This document shows, piece by piece, positions 17,497 to 26,333 of a stretch of 64,000 nt of DNA; the stretch's first letter is position 1, and every line of letters starts with the position of its first letter. The translations under genes and the position numbers were made by a program. The notes beneath the pieces are model-generated. The model was not told the DNA's origin, searched no databases, and was given only the letters and a program-made list of their open reading frames with translations. Source of the stretch: a virus; the IMG/VR virus record IMGVR_UViG_3300027857_000016, positions 15,999 through 79,998 of that record; one strand, written 5' to 3'.

Positions 17497-18074
17497 GTGA
17501 GTATAGATTTGAGATTGTGAAGGACCAAGACGTTGACTGTTTGCATGTCCTGGTTGGTGATGAGGAGATTGTTGACGCTTCTATCCCACTTTGCGATATC
17601 CAGACAGCAATGTACCATGCTGGAGTCAAATGGGATCTGCCTAGTGTAGGGCGTATCAAGATCAGCGCTGGTGGTATTGAACAGTATAAAAATGGTTTAC
17701 GAGTCTGTTTTCCTCAATTTGATTTCTGCCAGTCAATGATTACTGATGCTGATACCGGTCAATGCCTAAGTTTTGTGAACGGTATAGAGATCAGTAGCAC
17801 CATCCCTCATGGCACGATTGTCAAACTCTTAGTCGCAGATTTTGAGTTAGATTGCCATATCCAGCAGCAGTTGAAACGTACTGGTGATTGGCGAATAGAA
17901 GATGCGCGAGCGAGCATCAAAGATCTGCAGCATCAACTTGAGGATATTGATAAGTGGTCTGAGATGCTGCGATTCAAGATCCAACAGTTGGAAGCAAAGC
18001 AAACTGGATTACTTACTCTTGCAGATATTGACCAGTGGATGGACATGATGTCTGAGGAAAAGAGTGAAACATGA
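17493..18074 (+). CDS. Hypothetical protein with C-terminal coiled coil
   Basis: Coupled ORF, 193 aa. Confidence 0.6.
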   Translation: MSEYRFEIVKDQDVDCLHVLVGDEEIVDASIPLCDIQTAMYHAGVKWDLPSVGRIKISAGGIEQYKNGLRVCFPQFDFCQSMITDADTGQCLSFVNGIEISSTIPHGTIVKLLVADFELDCHIQQQLKRTGDWRIEDARASIKDLQHQLEDIDKWSEMLRFKIQQLEAKQTGLLTLADIDQWMDMMSEEKSET

Positions 18075-18319
18075 TACAAGAAGACCCATCTCAAATAAGA
18101 CAACGCATGGCTCTTGCCACTGCTGTCCGTAATGCCGCCACACATCAGTGCATTTTCACCGTAGATGGCTCAGAGTACGCCTATATAGATGGAGCACTTT
18201 ATAGGGTAACACCTGGCACGTCGCAGTTCCAGCGTGGATATGCTCCGGTTTCCCTACGCGTTGAAGAACTATTTGGGATGTCAGATGAGGATATTTGGGT
18301 AAGGGTGATGGGGGAGTAA
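18071..18319 (+). CDS. Hypothetical protein
   Basis: Coupled ORF. Confidence 0.55.
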   Translation: MIQEDPSQIRQRMALATAVRNAATHQCIFTVDGSEYAYIDGALYRVTPGTSQFQRGYAPVSLRVEELFGMSDEDIWVRVMGE

Positions 18320-18323
18320 GCAC

Positions 18324-18788
18324 ATGACGACAACGTGGCCAATAGAGATAGACACAACCAAAGATGAGCAAGAGCAAAACCGTATATGGATTCGGAACTA
18401 TTTGTCTTACTTAGGGTATGATATCGAAGAATCATGCCCTCTTTTGGATGAGATCTATTCGCTTTATATGGGCAATAAGCTGCGTATTGGGAGACATGAG
18501 AAAAACGGTCGCCTCCCACTCATCTGCAACAACGAAAATAAGACCTCATTACGTAAGGACAAAAATCTCTATAGATGGGATAGCGGGCACCTCCTCCTTT
18601 GGCCCATTCATATTGTTTTGTGGAGATATAAATGGTGGCGAGAAGAATATGGTCCAAAACTCTGCTCTGGGAAGCGGGTAGTTGATTACACACAAGAAGG
18701 TGTACAGATCTTTGCTTGGAGTGTGCGTTTGGGACCAGTCGGAATAAGCGCTCGCACCGAATCGAAAATACGATGGTCATTCTGTTGA
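18324..18788 (+). CDS. Hypothetical protein
   Basis: GGGGAG RBS. Confidence 0.55.
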   Translation: MTTTWPIEIDTTKDEQEQNRIWIRNYLSYLGYDIEESCPLLDEIYSLYMGNKLRIGRHEKNGRLPLICNNENKTSLRKDKNLYRWDSGHLLLWPIHIVLWRYKWWREEYGPKLCSGKRVVDYTQEGVQIFAWSVRLGPVGISARTESKIRWSFC

Positions 18789-18829
18789 TTGCGACGTAGG
18801 GATGATGTGAGTGTAGTGGAGGTGGAAGC

Positions 18830-21800
18830 GTGAGCAGGCGAAAATTCCGAAAAAAGCAGATGACCCTGGATAGAGCAAACCAGATGGCTCTGCCTGGTGG
18901 GGCAATGATGTATGTACCTCCAGGGGGCGCACAGTCAACCTATTCGCAGACGTTTTACGGGTCTCGCACAAAAAATACTCCCACAGGTCAAGTAGCACTT
19001 TTCACACCTGGAAGTCCATTGCAGCCGCAGCAAGGGATAAACCCTAATGGGCAACCCATTGCTTACCGTTATCCTTTCTCCTTCAATACGTTCCCGGTTG
19101 ACCGTACAAGTCAAAACCCTGATATACCCTCTTTTCAGCAGTTACGCAACTTAGCGAAACTCTACAATGGAGTGACTCTTTGCGAACGCTGTTGGCTTGA
19201 TCTCGTCCCTCGGATGAAACTCAAAATTGAACTCAAACCTGAATATGCGGCGCTTGGTGCCGATGAAAAAGACTATCAGGCAGACATTTCTTACTTCCTC
19301 ACCTGGTTTGAGTCTCCTGATAAGATGCATGACCTCCACTCATGGCTTCGCATGTGTCTCCGCGAGCAAACTCAAATTGATGAACTATACATCTACAAAC
19401 GGAAGAAGCGTGGTGGTGGTTTACATGCATTAGAGTTGGTTGCAGGCGATCAGGTCAAACCACTGCTTGATGATTGGGGCAAGATCCCGCAGCCACCTGA
19501 TTTTGCCTACCAGCAATATCCCTGGGGCATACCGGGCGCATGGTTCAGATCCGATGAGATGATCCACTATCAGGAGTCTCCTGCTGCCGATAATCCTTAC
19601 GGTCAGAGTCGTGTTGAGCGCATTATCATGCTGGTCAACCAGGGTCTCCGCAAGCAAAAGAAAGACCTCTCACACTTCACTGAAGGGAACATTCCGAGCG
19701 GCATGATGCTTGTCCCGGATGATGCCACCTGGACACCAGATCAAATTGACGCCTTTGAGCAAGCCTGGAACGCGTTACTCGCAGGAAATGCACAGCAACA
19801 AGTACGGATGAGATTTACCCAACCAGGGATGAAGTATCAACCATTCGAGCAGTATGGGCTTGATCCAACCTTTGACAAGTTCATTCTCAACATTGCCGTG
19901 AGCGCGTACGGCATGAGTATGCAGGATCTGGCGTTTACTGAGGATATCCATAAGAGCAGTGGTGACTCTCAACAAAATGTCACGTATAGGCGTACCATTG
20001 ATCCTCTCGCCGTAGTGTACGCCTCCTTCCTCACCCAGTCCATGAATACTGACTTCCCACCTGAGTATCATGGTGAGATGTTTCAAGCGAGCTTTGGGGG
20101 CTATGATGAGGAGGAAGATGTATCTGAGTTAGCAGGTGCATATAGTACATTAGTGACATCAGGTATTCTTGGCATTACCAATGCTGGCAAACTGCTGAAA
20201 CTCCCTGATGATCCGAATGCTCCCTACATTGGTCGGATCTTGGTTACCAAAGACGGACCCGTGTTCCTCGACGATATGGCGAGCGACAAGATGCGCAATG
20301 CTCAAATGCAGGCACAAATGGCAGGGTACAAACAAGCTAGTAGTCCACAACAACCCGCACAGAATCAACAGAAGACTGGAGAAGAAGAGCAGCAATCGAA
20401 GGAGAACGAGCAGAAGACGCCTGAGAACGAGCCTGCTGACCAGACAGCATCCACTACGCCACAAAATAGCGATGAACATGAGAGTGAGCAAGAGACCGAA
20501 ACGCCCGAAGAGACGGCTGAACATGAGAATGAGATCTCGACCTTGCTCAAGCAGGATACAAGCGAGCCATTTACGCAACTTGAGCGTATGATCGATGTTT
20601 TTGAGCGGCATGAGCCTGGTGGACACGATCATGATCAGAAAACGCATGGAGACTTCGCCCATCCAGGATATGGCGCAAAGCACGACAAGACACCAGCCAA
20701 TCAGGAGGCGATGCAGGCTGAAGCAAAAGCACAACCGGCGATCCAGGCGGCAGACAAGGCAGTACAGGCTGCCCAGGCCAAAGTCAATCAAGCAGAAGTG
20801 GCACTGGCAGGTGCGGCAACCCCTGCCGCAAAGGCACAGGCAAGAGCAGCGCTGGACCAGGCACGTACCGACCTCAGAAAAGCAAAAGATGCACTTCTCA
20901 TGGAAAAAGCAAAGGCGAAGGATGCGGCAACAGCAGAGCGGGCAAAAGCCAAACAGGAAGCGCAGAAACTGGCGGCAGAGAAAAAAGCTGCTGCCGCCAA
21001 GCTGCATGCACAAAAGATGAAAGCACACCTACAGAAACAGGCACAAGCAGCATCCGCCAAAGCCGCGAGAATGCAGGCAACCGCACAACACAAGGCTCAG
21101 ATTGCCGCAGGGAGAGCGGCCAAGTCTGCTGCGAAGTCTGGGAAAGCGCAGGCTCACGCACAACTTCAGGCTGCCAAACAGCAGCAGAAGGCGGCGAAGG
21201 TGTTGGCATCATTGGTCAATACGTTGGGAGCGAAGGCAACACTCTATAATGCGCTAGCAGGACGCAAACTCTCGAAGACCTGGAATGCGCAGGACTCCCA
21301 GGATGCTTCAGCTATTGCCAGTGACTTCCATGCCCTGATCGAGATGGTCAATTCTCATGCCAACGAAGGGAACGCAAAGGCACTTGTTCAACAATTAACG
21401 CAATCGGTAAGTAAGTTACAGGGACAAAAGGGAATCACCTCTGCGAGGTCTGCGGCATTGGATAAGTTGATAGCGCGTATCCAGTCCCAACTAGCGCTCA
21501 ATCGCTCAGTTGGAGACGATAACAGTGACGAGTGGCTCTATGACGATCCAGAAGAGGATGAACGGTTTGATGATGAGGAAATTGACGAAGAAGCAGGAAT
21601 TGAAGAAAGACGCTACACGATTGGCGAACTCCTTCACCTCCTCCAGGAACAGATGCAAGCGAAGGCGACAGATCAAAGAGATGGAACGGATCTTGAGCAA
21701 CCCATCAAAGCGCGATCAGTTGATACAGGAAATGGCAATACGAAGCACGCCACTTCGTCCAATGACGAGACCTCGGATTACAAGCGATGGAGGGGACGAG

Positions 21801-22063
21801 CCATCGAAGATGTGAAGGCAGGAAAGTCACAACGCGGTTTTACTACAACACTGATACCCGACCACATCCATAGGTGGATTAGCGATGAGTTGCCTCTGTG
21901 TACGACTCCCGATGAAGTTCGCTCTGTGTTTAGCAGGGCAAAGAATATGGGTGATGAACCGCTTATCACCAGTCGTGAAGAACTAGCAAGGGGTGTTCAT
22001 TCTGTGTTTAGCAAAGTGGCTCAGCGAGGGCACAATGAACTGATTACCCTGGAGTCTGAATAA
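18830..22063 (+). CDS. Portal protein with long C-terminal extension
   Basis: WFESPD, PYGQSRVERI, FTEGNIPSG clip region; then acidic linker, Ala/Lys-rich coil and terminal DYKRWR domain. Confidence 0.9.
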   Translation: MSRRKFRKKQMTLDRANQMALPGGAMMYVPPGGAQSTYSQTFYGSRTKNTPTGQVALFTPGSPLQPQQGINPNGQPIAYRYPFSFNTFPVDRTSQNPDIPSFQQLRNLAKLYNGVTLCERCWLDLVPRMKLKIELKPEYAALGADEKDYQADISYFLTWFESPDKMHDLHSWLRMCLREQTQIDELYIYKRKKRGGGLHALELVAGDQVKPLLDDWGKIPQPPDFAYQQYPWGIPGAWFRSDEMIHYQESPAADNPYGQSRVERIIMLVNQGLRKQKKDLSHFTEGNIPSGMMLVPDDATWTPDQIDAFEQAWNALLAGNAQQQVRMRFTQPGMKYQPFEQYGLDPTFDKFILNIAVSAYGMSMQDLAFTEDIHKSSGDSQQNVTYRRTIDPLAVVYASFLTQSMNTDFPPEYHGEMFQASFGGYDEEEDVSELAGAYSTLVTSGILGITNAGKLLKLPDDPNAPYIGRILVTKDGPVFLDDMASDKMRNAQMQAQMAGYKQASSPQQPAQNQQKTGEEEQQSKENEQKTPENEPADQTASTTPQNSDEHESEQETETPEETAEHENEISTLLKQDTSEPFTQLERMIDVFERHEPGGHDHDQKTHGDFAHPGYGAKHDKTPANQEAMQAEAKAQPAIQAADKAVQAAQAKVNQAEVALAGAATPAAKAQARAALDQARTDLRKAKDALLMEKAKAKDAATAERAKAKQEAQKLAAEKKAAAAKLHAQKMKAHLQKQAQAASAKAARMQATAQHKAQIAAGRAAKSAAKSGKAQAHAQLQAAKQQQKAAKVLASLVNTLGAKATLYNALAGRKLSKTWNAQDSQDASAIASDFHALIEMVNSHANEGNAKALVQQLTQSVSKLQGQKGITSARSAALDKLIARIQSQLALNRSVGDDNSDEWLYDDPEEDERFDDEEIDEEAGIEERRYTIGELLHLLQEQMQAKATDQRDGTDLEQPIKARSVDTGNGNTKHATSSNDETSDYKRWRGRAIEDVKAGKSQRGFTTTLIPDHIHRWISDELPLCTTPDEVRSVFSRAKNMGDEPLITSREELARGVHSVFSKVAQRGHNELITLESE

Positions 22064-22749
22064 TGCATGCCAGTCTCATTGACCACATTGTCAAAACTTA
22101 TGCCTTCACTGTTGAAGAGAAGCGGCAACTAGCCAACACACTTGCTCAAGGCTACTTGCAGGCGAAAACACAGGCATATCAGAGAGCACAATCACATGCT
22201 GGTCATATTGTGCAGATTCGTCATCCCTGGCAGGTGAGTGAGTCTGATGTAAAGAAGTCGCAACAATGGGCATTGAGTCAGGTACAGAGTATTGCAGAAA
22301 CGTATGAGACACTGCTGCGCCACATGCTAGAACAACTCCCAGAGGAACGTGCTGCAGAAAATATCATTGGCAAAGTACGGGGTGTCATCTCATCCATTAT
22401 TGACTGGATCAATGGCTTTTTGCCGTGGAAGGTGAAGCAAGTCGCTGATAACACATGGAACACTGGCGACAATGATGGAACAGAGCAGTGGATAGACGAT
22501 GTGCAGTCAGATGACATTGAAGGCGATACGAGCACTATTTTCTTGAAAGTAGTGCCAGAAGGAAGCAGTTCTGACTATTGTGCTGACTTCGCTGGGCGCA
22601 CTTTCGCATTGGGGGATGAGATTCCTCATTTCCCTGCTCATGTTGGCTGTATTCATTCTATTGAGGTTATTACGGCTTCCGAGCGCATGGTAAATGTATC
22701 GAGAAATGTACAACCGGAACGGTTTTTAGTAGGCGTGTGGGGCGTATGA
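22063..22749 (+). CDS. Minor head protein, Mu gpF-like
   Basis: Follows portal; C..FAG...PAHVGCIH resembles the gpF P.H..C motif. Confidence 0.65.
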   Translation: MHASLIDHIVKTYAFTVEEKRQLANTLAQGYLQAKTQAYQRAQSHAGHIVQIRHPWQVSESDVKKSQQWALSQVQSIAETYETLLRHMLEQLPEERAAENIIGKVRGVISSIIDWINGFLPWKVKQVADNTWNTGDNDGTEQWIDDVQSDDIEGDTSTIFLKVVPEGSSSDYCADFAGRTFALGDEIPHFPAHVGCIHSIEVITASERMVNVSRNVQPERFLVGVWGV

Positions 22750-22762
22750 AAGGGAATAAACG

Positions 22763-23236
22763 ATGCCAAGTGAGTATCTTGCAGACATTATAGATCACAA
22801 ACAGCGAGTAGCCAACTACTTGCGAATTATAGCGAATGACCTCTTTAAAAGGGCAGCGGAGCATGATAATTCAAAGTTTTCCCCCGAAGAGTTCGAGGCA
22901 TATGAGAAAGCTTTTCCTGGACTCCAAAAATATGCTTATGGTACTCCTGAGTTCAAAGCAGAGTTGCGTAAGATCAAGCCAGCTATAGAACACCACTATG
23001 CGCATAATCGGCACCATCCAGAGCATTACAAAAACGGCATAAATGATATGAACCTATCAGACATGATGGAAATGGGGTGTGATTGGCTTGCAGCATCTAG
23101 TAGAAGTAAAACTGGACTTGAAAAGGGTCTTTTGATGAATAAGGAGAGATTTGGAATAGGTGACCAAATGTTTGGCATTATCCAGAGGACTATTATAGAT
23201 CTCACCAAAGATGGAGAAGGTAGTAGCAGTGAGTAA
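22763..23236 (+). CDS. DUF5662-like HD-fold protein
   Basis: HKQRV, HDNSKFSPEE, HHYAHNRHHPEH, EM.CDWLAAS. Confidence 0.8.
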   Translation: MPSEYLADIIDHKQRVANYLRIIANDLFKRAAEHDNSKFSPEEFEAYEKAFPGLQKYAYGTPEFKAELRKIKPAIEHHYAHNRHHPEHYKNGINDMNLSDMMEMGCDWLAASSRSKTGLEKGLLMNKERFGIGDQMFGIIQRTIIDLTKDGEGSSSE

Positions 23237-23238
23237 AC

Positions 23239-23378
23239 TTGTTCTAGTGACTGATTTAGGGTATAATAAGCACATAAATATTGTTGTGTCAGGCGCTACT
23301 TGCGATAGCCCTGACCGGATACGTCTGATAAGGAGACATATCGTGGATAGTTTACATCATCCTGCCCATTTTCAGCAA
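23239..23378 (-). ncRNA. Endonuclease leader cassette A: convergent promoters plus candidate antisense RNA
   Basis: Sense TTGTTC-17-TATAAT (23239-23267); bulged hairpin 23288-23315; RBS hairpin 23318-23342; antisense TTGCTG-18-TAAACT (23378-23349). Confidence 0.6.
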
Positions 23379-23990
23379 GCCTCTTCCTTTATCGATCCTC
23401 TTCAAGGCGCACAAGCAATCTCACAAGAAGAACGGTGGCTGCCCGTTGTAGGTTACGAAGGTTACTGTGAGATAAGTAATCTTGGCAATGTTCGTAGCCT
23501 TGGGCGTGTAGTGGAAAGACCTGTACGCGGAAATTACATCAAGCGTAACCGTACTCTCAAGCCACATCTAACGCCAAAGGGTTATGCCCGTATCCAGTTA
23601 AGCCGTGATGGAGTGTTGAAAAGTCATATGGTTCATAGACTTGTAGCCCAAGCCTTCATTCCCAATCCCTACGAATTGCCTGAAGTCAATCATAAAAATG
23701 GCATAAAGGTAGACAATCGGGTAGAAAATCTGGAATGGATAACATCTGCAGCAAACCAGGAACATGCCTACGAGATAGGACTAAGAGATCCTGTAACTAA
23801 ATATATTATCCATTGTAAAGAACTAGATATAACCACTAAAGGGACTACTAAGATGGCTGAAGCCCTTAGAGAGCGGGGTTATGTCACTGCTAACCCTGGT
23901 GCCATTTGGAATTGCATTTTTGGAACGAGTGCAACCCATTTAGGCTTGACTTTTACAGGTTCAAGGCTAGTAACCAACAGAGTTTCATGA
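23343..23990 (+). CDS. NUMOD4-HNH homing endonuclease
   Basis: ERWLPVVGYEG..ISNLGNVRS NUMOD4; VHRLVAQAFIPNP..VNHKNGIKVDNRVENLEW HNH; AGGAG RBS before GTG 23343. Confidence 0.92.
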   Translation: MDSLHHPAHFQQASSFIDPLQGAQAISQEERWLPVVGYEGYCEISNLGNVRSLGRVVERPVRGNYIKRNRTLKPHLTPKGYARIQLSRDGVLKSHMVHRLVAQAFIPNPYELPEVNHKNGIKVDNRVENLEWITSAANQEHAYEIGLRDPVTKYIIHCKELDITTKGTTKMAEALRERGYVTANPGAIWNCIFGTSATHLGLTFTGSRLVTNRVS

Positions 23991-24189
23991 AAATGGGGTT
24001 GAGGATATGACGCTCCCGCAGATTATTGAGATGTCTTGTGCTGACTGGCTCGCAGCTTCTGAGCGAAGCCAGATCGATCTCTCAAAAGGTCTTGAGATGA
24101 ACAAAGAGCGGTATCACATTGATGATCAACTGTTTCGGATTATCAAGAATACCATTAAGCAGTACGCACCAGAGAAAGATCTCGACTAA
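23980..24189 (+). pseudogene. Displaced 3' half of DUF5662-like gene
   Basis: EFHENGVEDMTLPQIIEMSCADWLAASERS aligns with EHYKNGINDMNLSDMMEMGCDWLAASSRS of 22763-23236. Confidence 0.8.
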
Positions 24190-24205
24190 ACAGGAGACAG
24201 ATATC

Positions 24206-24532
24206 ATGCGAACGTTTTTGCTCATGCGCTATGATAACCCATCGGCTCCCAGTTTCTTGGATGTAGAAGTGGCTGCTGAAGGAGTTATTTTTACCGAGAA
24301 GGTTGTGCTTTATCACCTCCATGATGAATCTATCACCATTTATGACTCAGTGGATGTCCTCAAAGGGACGTGGGTGGACGATGGCACACATTTCATCCAG
24401 TTCAAGGAGGGTATACCACTTCATGCCGTAGAGCGACATTTTACTCTGGCAGAGCAACAAGAGATTGTTCAGATCGTGGAGAAACACCTGAGACAACAAT
24501 TACGGTTACGTGGAAATACCTTGATGAAATGA
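24206..24532 (+). CDS. Hypothetical protein
   Basis: AGGAG RBS before ATG 24206. Confidence 0.65.
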   Translation: MRTFLLMRYDNPSAPSFLDVEVAAEGVIFTEKVVLYHLHDESITIYDSVDVLKGTWVDDGTHFIQFKEGIPLHAVERHFTLAEQQEIVQIVEKHLRQQLRLRGNTLMK

Positions 24533-24541
24533 GGGAAGTGG

Positions 24542-24790
24542 ATGGTGGAGCCGCCAATGGATCTACGTGTGTCAGTTGAGGGACCAGAATATCAGAAGGT
24601 GGTACATGGTGTGGGTCAACATGGCAACGGTGCCTGGTTTACGTTGACTGTTGCTGTTCCTGGCTGGACTGGTGACATCCCCTATTCCATGCTCACGGAT
24701 GTTCTTTTTAGCAGGCAGAGAGGGTCCCGGCATAGATTGCGCAAACGACCTGAGCGCATGAAGAAGAGGTGGAGGAGGGATATGCGATGA
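24542..24790 (+). CDS. Hypothetical protein
   Basis: GAGGG RBS. Confidence 0.55.
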   Translation: MVEPPMDLRVSVEGPEYQKVVHGVGQHGNGAWFTLTVAVPGWTGDIPYSMLTDVLFSRQRGSRHRLRKRPERMKKRWRRDMR

Positions 24791-24996
24791 AAGAGTTACC
24801 AGTTACGCAAACTGATACCCAACAGATCCCAATTCGATGTGAGACCACAGGCCGATTAGTAGCACGGGCAGATGAGCATGGCGTCTATTTCTTTTGTCGG
24901 CAACACAATACTCAACATCTGATGTCATGGACTGCATTGGAAAGATTAAGAGAAGATATTCGGTTGGGAGAAGTGAAGCCGAAGCAGATGGTGTGA
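24787..24996 (+). CDS. Small protein, possibly Mu Com-like zinc ribbon
   Basis: IRCETTGRLVA...FFCRQH; GGAGG RBS. Confidence 0.5.
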   Translation: MKELPVTQTDTQQIPIRCETTGRLVARADEHGVYFFCRQHNTQHLMSWTALERLREDIRLGEVKPKQMV

Positions 24997-25016
24997 GAGA
25001 ATATCAGCGTCATAAA

Positions 25017-25161
25017 TTGCCTTTTCAGGCGAATTCATGGTATAATGAGATTGGTTGATTGAGTTGTTGCCCTTGCGGTGATGGAAACACCCAAGGGCGT
25101 GATAGCAAGGAGTGACCCTTACTATGGATAGCACTATACCAGAAGGTTTTAAACGATGCAA
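25017..25161 (-). ncRNA. Endonuclease leader cassette B
   Basis: Sense TTGCCT-18-TATAAT; bulged hairpin 25069-25098; RBS hairpin 25102-25125; antisense TTGCAT-17-TATAGT with TG (25161-25133). Confidence 0.65.
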
Positions 25162-26239
25162 CAAATGTGATCTAGTGAAGCCGCTAGATGAGTTTTATAC
25201 GATGAAGAGGCCGAATGGGATAAGGAGTCCAAAGTACATATGTAAAGAGTGTGAGAATGTAGGATCTCAAAGCCGCTTCAAGCAAAAGAAAGTACAAGCA
25301 AACAAAAAGTGCGCCTATCCACCCTGTGATACTATCATTGTGCCTTCCGCAACTTATTGCTCTGCTCACTTCCGGTTAAACCCTGAAGAGGTTGAGCGAC
25401 GTGCTTCTAAATTCCCTCCTAAATCCACCTGCATTTTTCCTGGTTGTGGCAAACTAATCTCTCGCGGAGCATCATATTGTCATTATCACTATAATCGACG
25501 TGAACGATCCCACGTCACTAAATCTAAGATGTCTATGTCTGCTAAGAGACGAGCTAATACTCCAGAAGGCAGGGCAAGAATGTCTCAAGCTGCCAGCCTT
25601 GGAGGGAAAACATGGAAGGGACGGCACCACACACAGGAAACAAGAGATAAGATACGTGGAAAGCGTGCAATGCAAATTCTTTCTCGTGAAAGTCTGGAGA
25701 AGACGTGGAGTAAAACGCGAGGTCGACCTGGCAATCGTGGCGGTATCCCCCATACAGAGGAAGTAAAGGCGAGGATCTCAACAACCCTACAGTCTAAGCG
25801 AGAGCACTTATCGCGGAAGGGTAGAGAGCGTTATGAACGTGAGACAGAGGAGCAACGGGAAAAACGACTTAATCACTGGATACAGGCTGGACAAGAGAGT
25901 ATAGCTAAGATTTTTAGTGGTACTACCATCGAAATGTTTATTGCTCAGCAACTCGACACTCTAGGTATTGAGTATGAAATGCAAAAGAAGATTGGTTACT
26001 ATATTGCTGACTTTTGTATTCCTTCTCATATGATAGTGATAGAAGCAATGGGATGTTTCTGGCATGGGTGTGAGCAGTGTGGATATAATGAACCTTGGCA
26101 TATACTCAAGCGAGAGAAGGAGAAAGTGCGAACCGAAAGGATAGTGAAGAAGGGATATTCTGTTGTAGCCCTTTGGGAACACGAGATTCGTCGAGCAATG
26201 CAAGATAGCGGCTATATCTTGCAATTAGGAATTGAATAG
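25124..26239 (+). CDS. Zn-finger/NUMOD3 plus DUF559/Vsr-like endonuclease
   Basis: CxxC repeats, GRHHTQETRDKI NUMOD3, ADFCIP..VIEAMGCFWHG..LWEHEI nuclease. Confidence 0.85.
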   Translation: MDSTIPEGFKRCNKCDLVKPLDEFYTMKRPNGIRSPKYICKECENVGSQSRFKQKKVQANKKCAYPPCDTIIVPSATYCSAHFRLNPEEVERRASKFPPKSTCIFPGCGKLISRGASYCHYHYNRRERSHVTKSKMSMSAKRRANTPEGRARMSQAASLGGKTWKGRHHTQETRDKIRGKRAMQILSRESLEKTWSKTRGRPGNRGGIPHTEEVKARISTTLQSKREHLSRKGRERYERETEEQREKRLNHWIQAGQESIAKIFSGTTIEMFIAQQLDTLGIEYEMQKKIGYYIADFCIPSHMIVIEAMGCFWHGCEQCGYNEPWHILKREKEKVRTERIVKKGYSVVALWEHEIRRAMQDSGYILQLGIE

Positions 26240-26333
26240 GCTATACTCTAAAGTAACAAAATATAATTGATGAAGAGCCATAGCGTAAGACGCATAGGCC
26301 GTCCATTTCAAATTGAAGGGACGGCCCCTTTTT

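Noticed and set aside
23288-23315. Leader hairpins as tRNA fragments, terminators or IS200/IS605 ends
   Set aside because: No cloverleaf, no adjacent U-tract, and no TnpA/TnpB/IscB gene or matching far-end hairpin was seen
23211-23342. Longer N-termini given by the ORF track for endonucleases (23211, 25112, 47169)
   Set aside because: The 23211 and 47169 extensions run through the promoter and hairpins; good RBSs precede 23343, 25124 and 47052
23024-23982. Group I intron interpretation of the HNH insertion
   Set aside because: The 5' exon would not end in U, there is no room for or sign of a P3-P7 core, and the insert supplies its own in-frame 3' gene half
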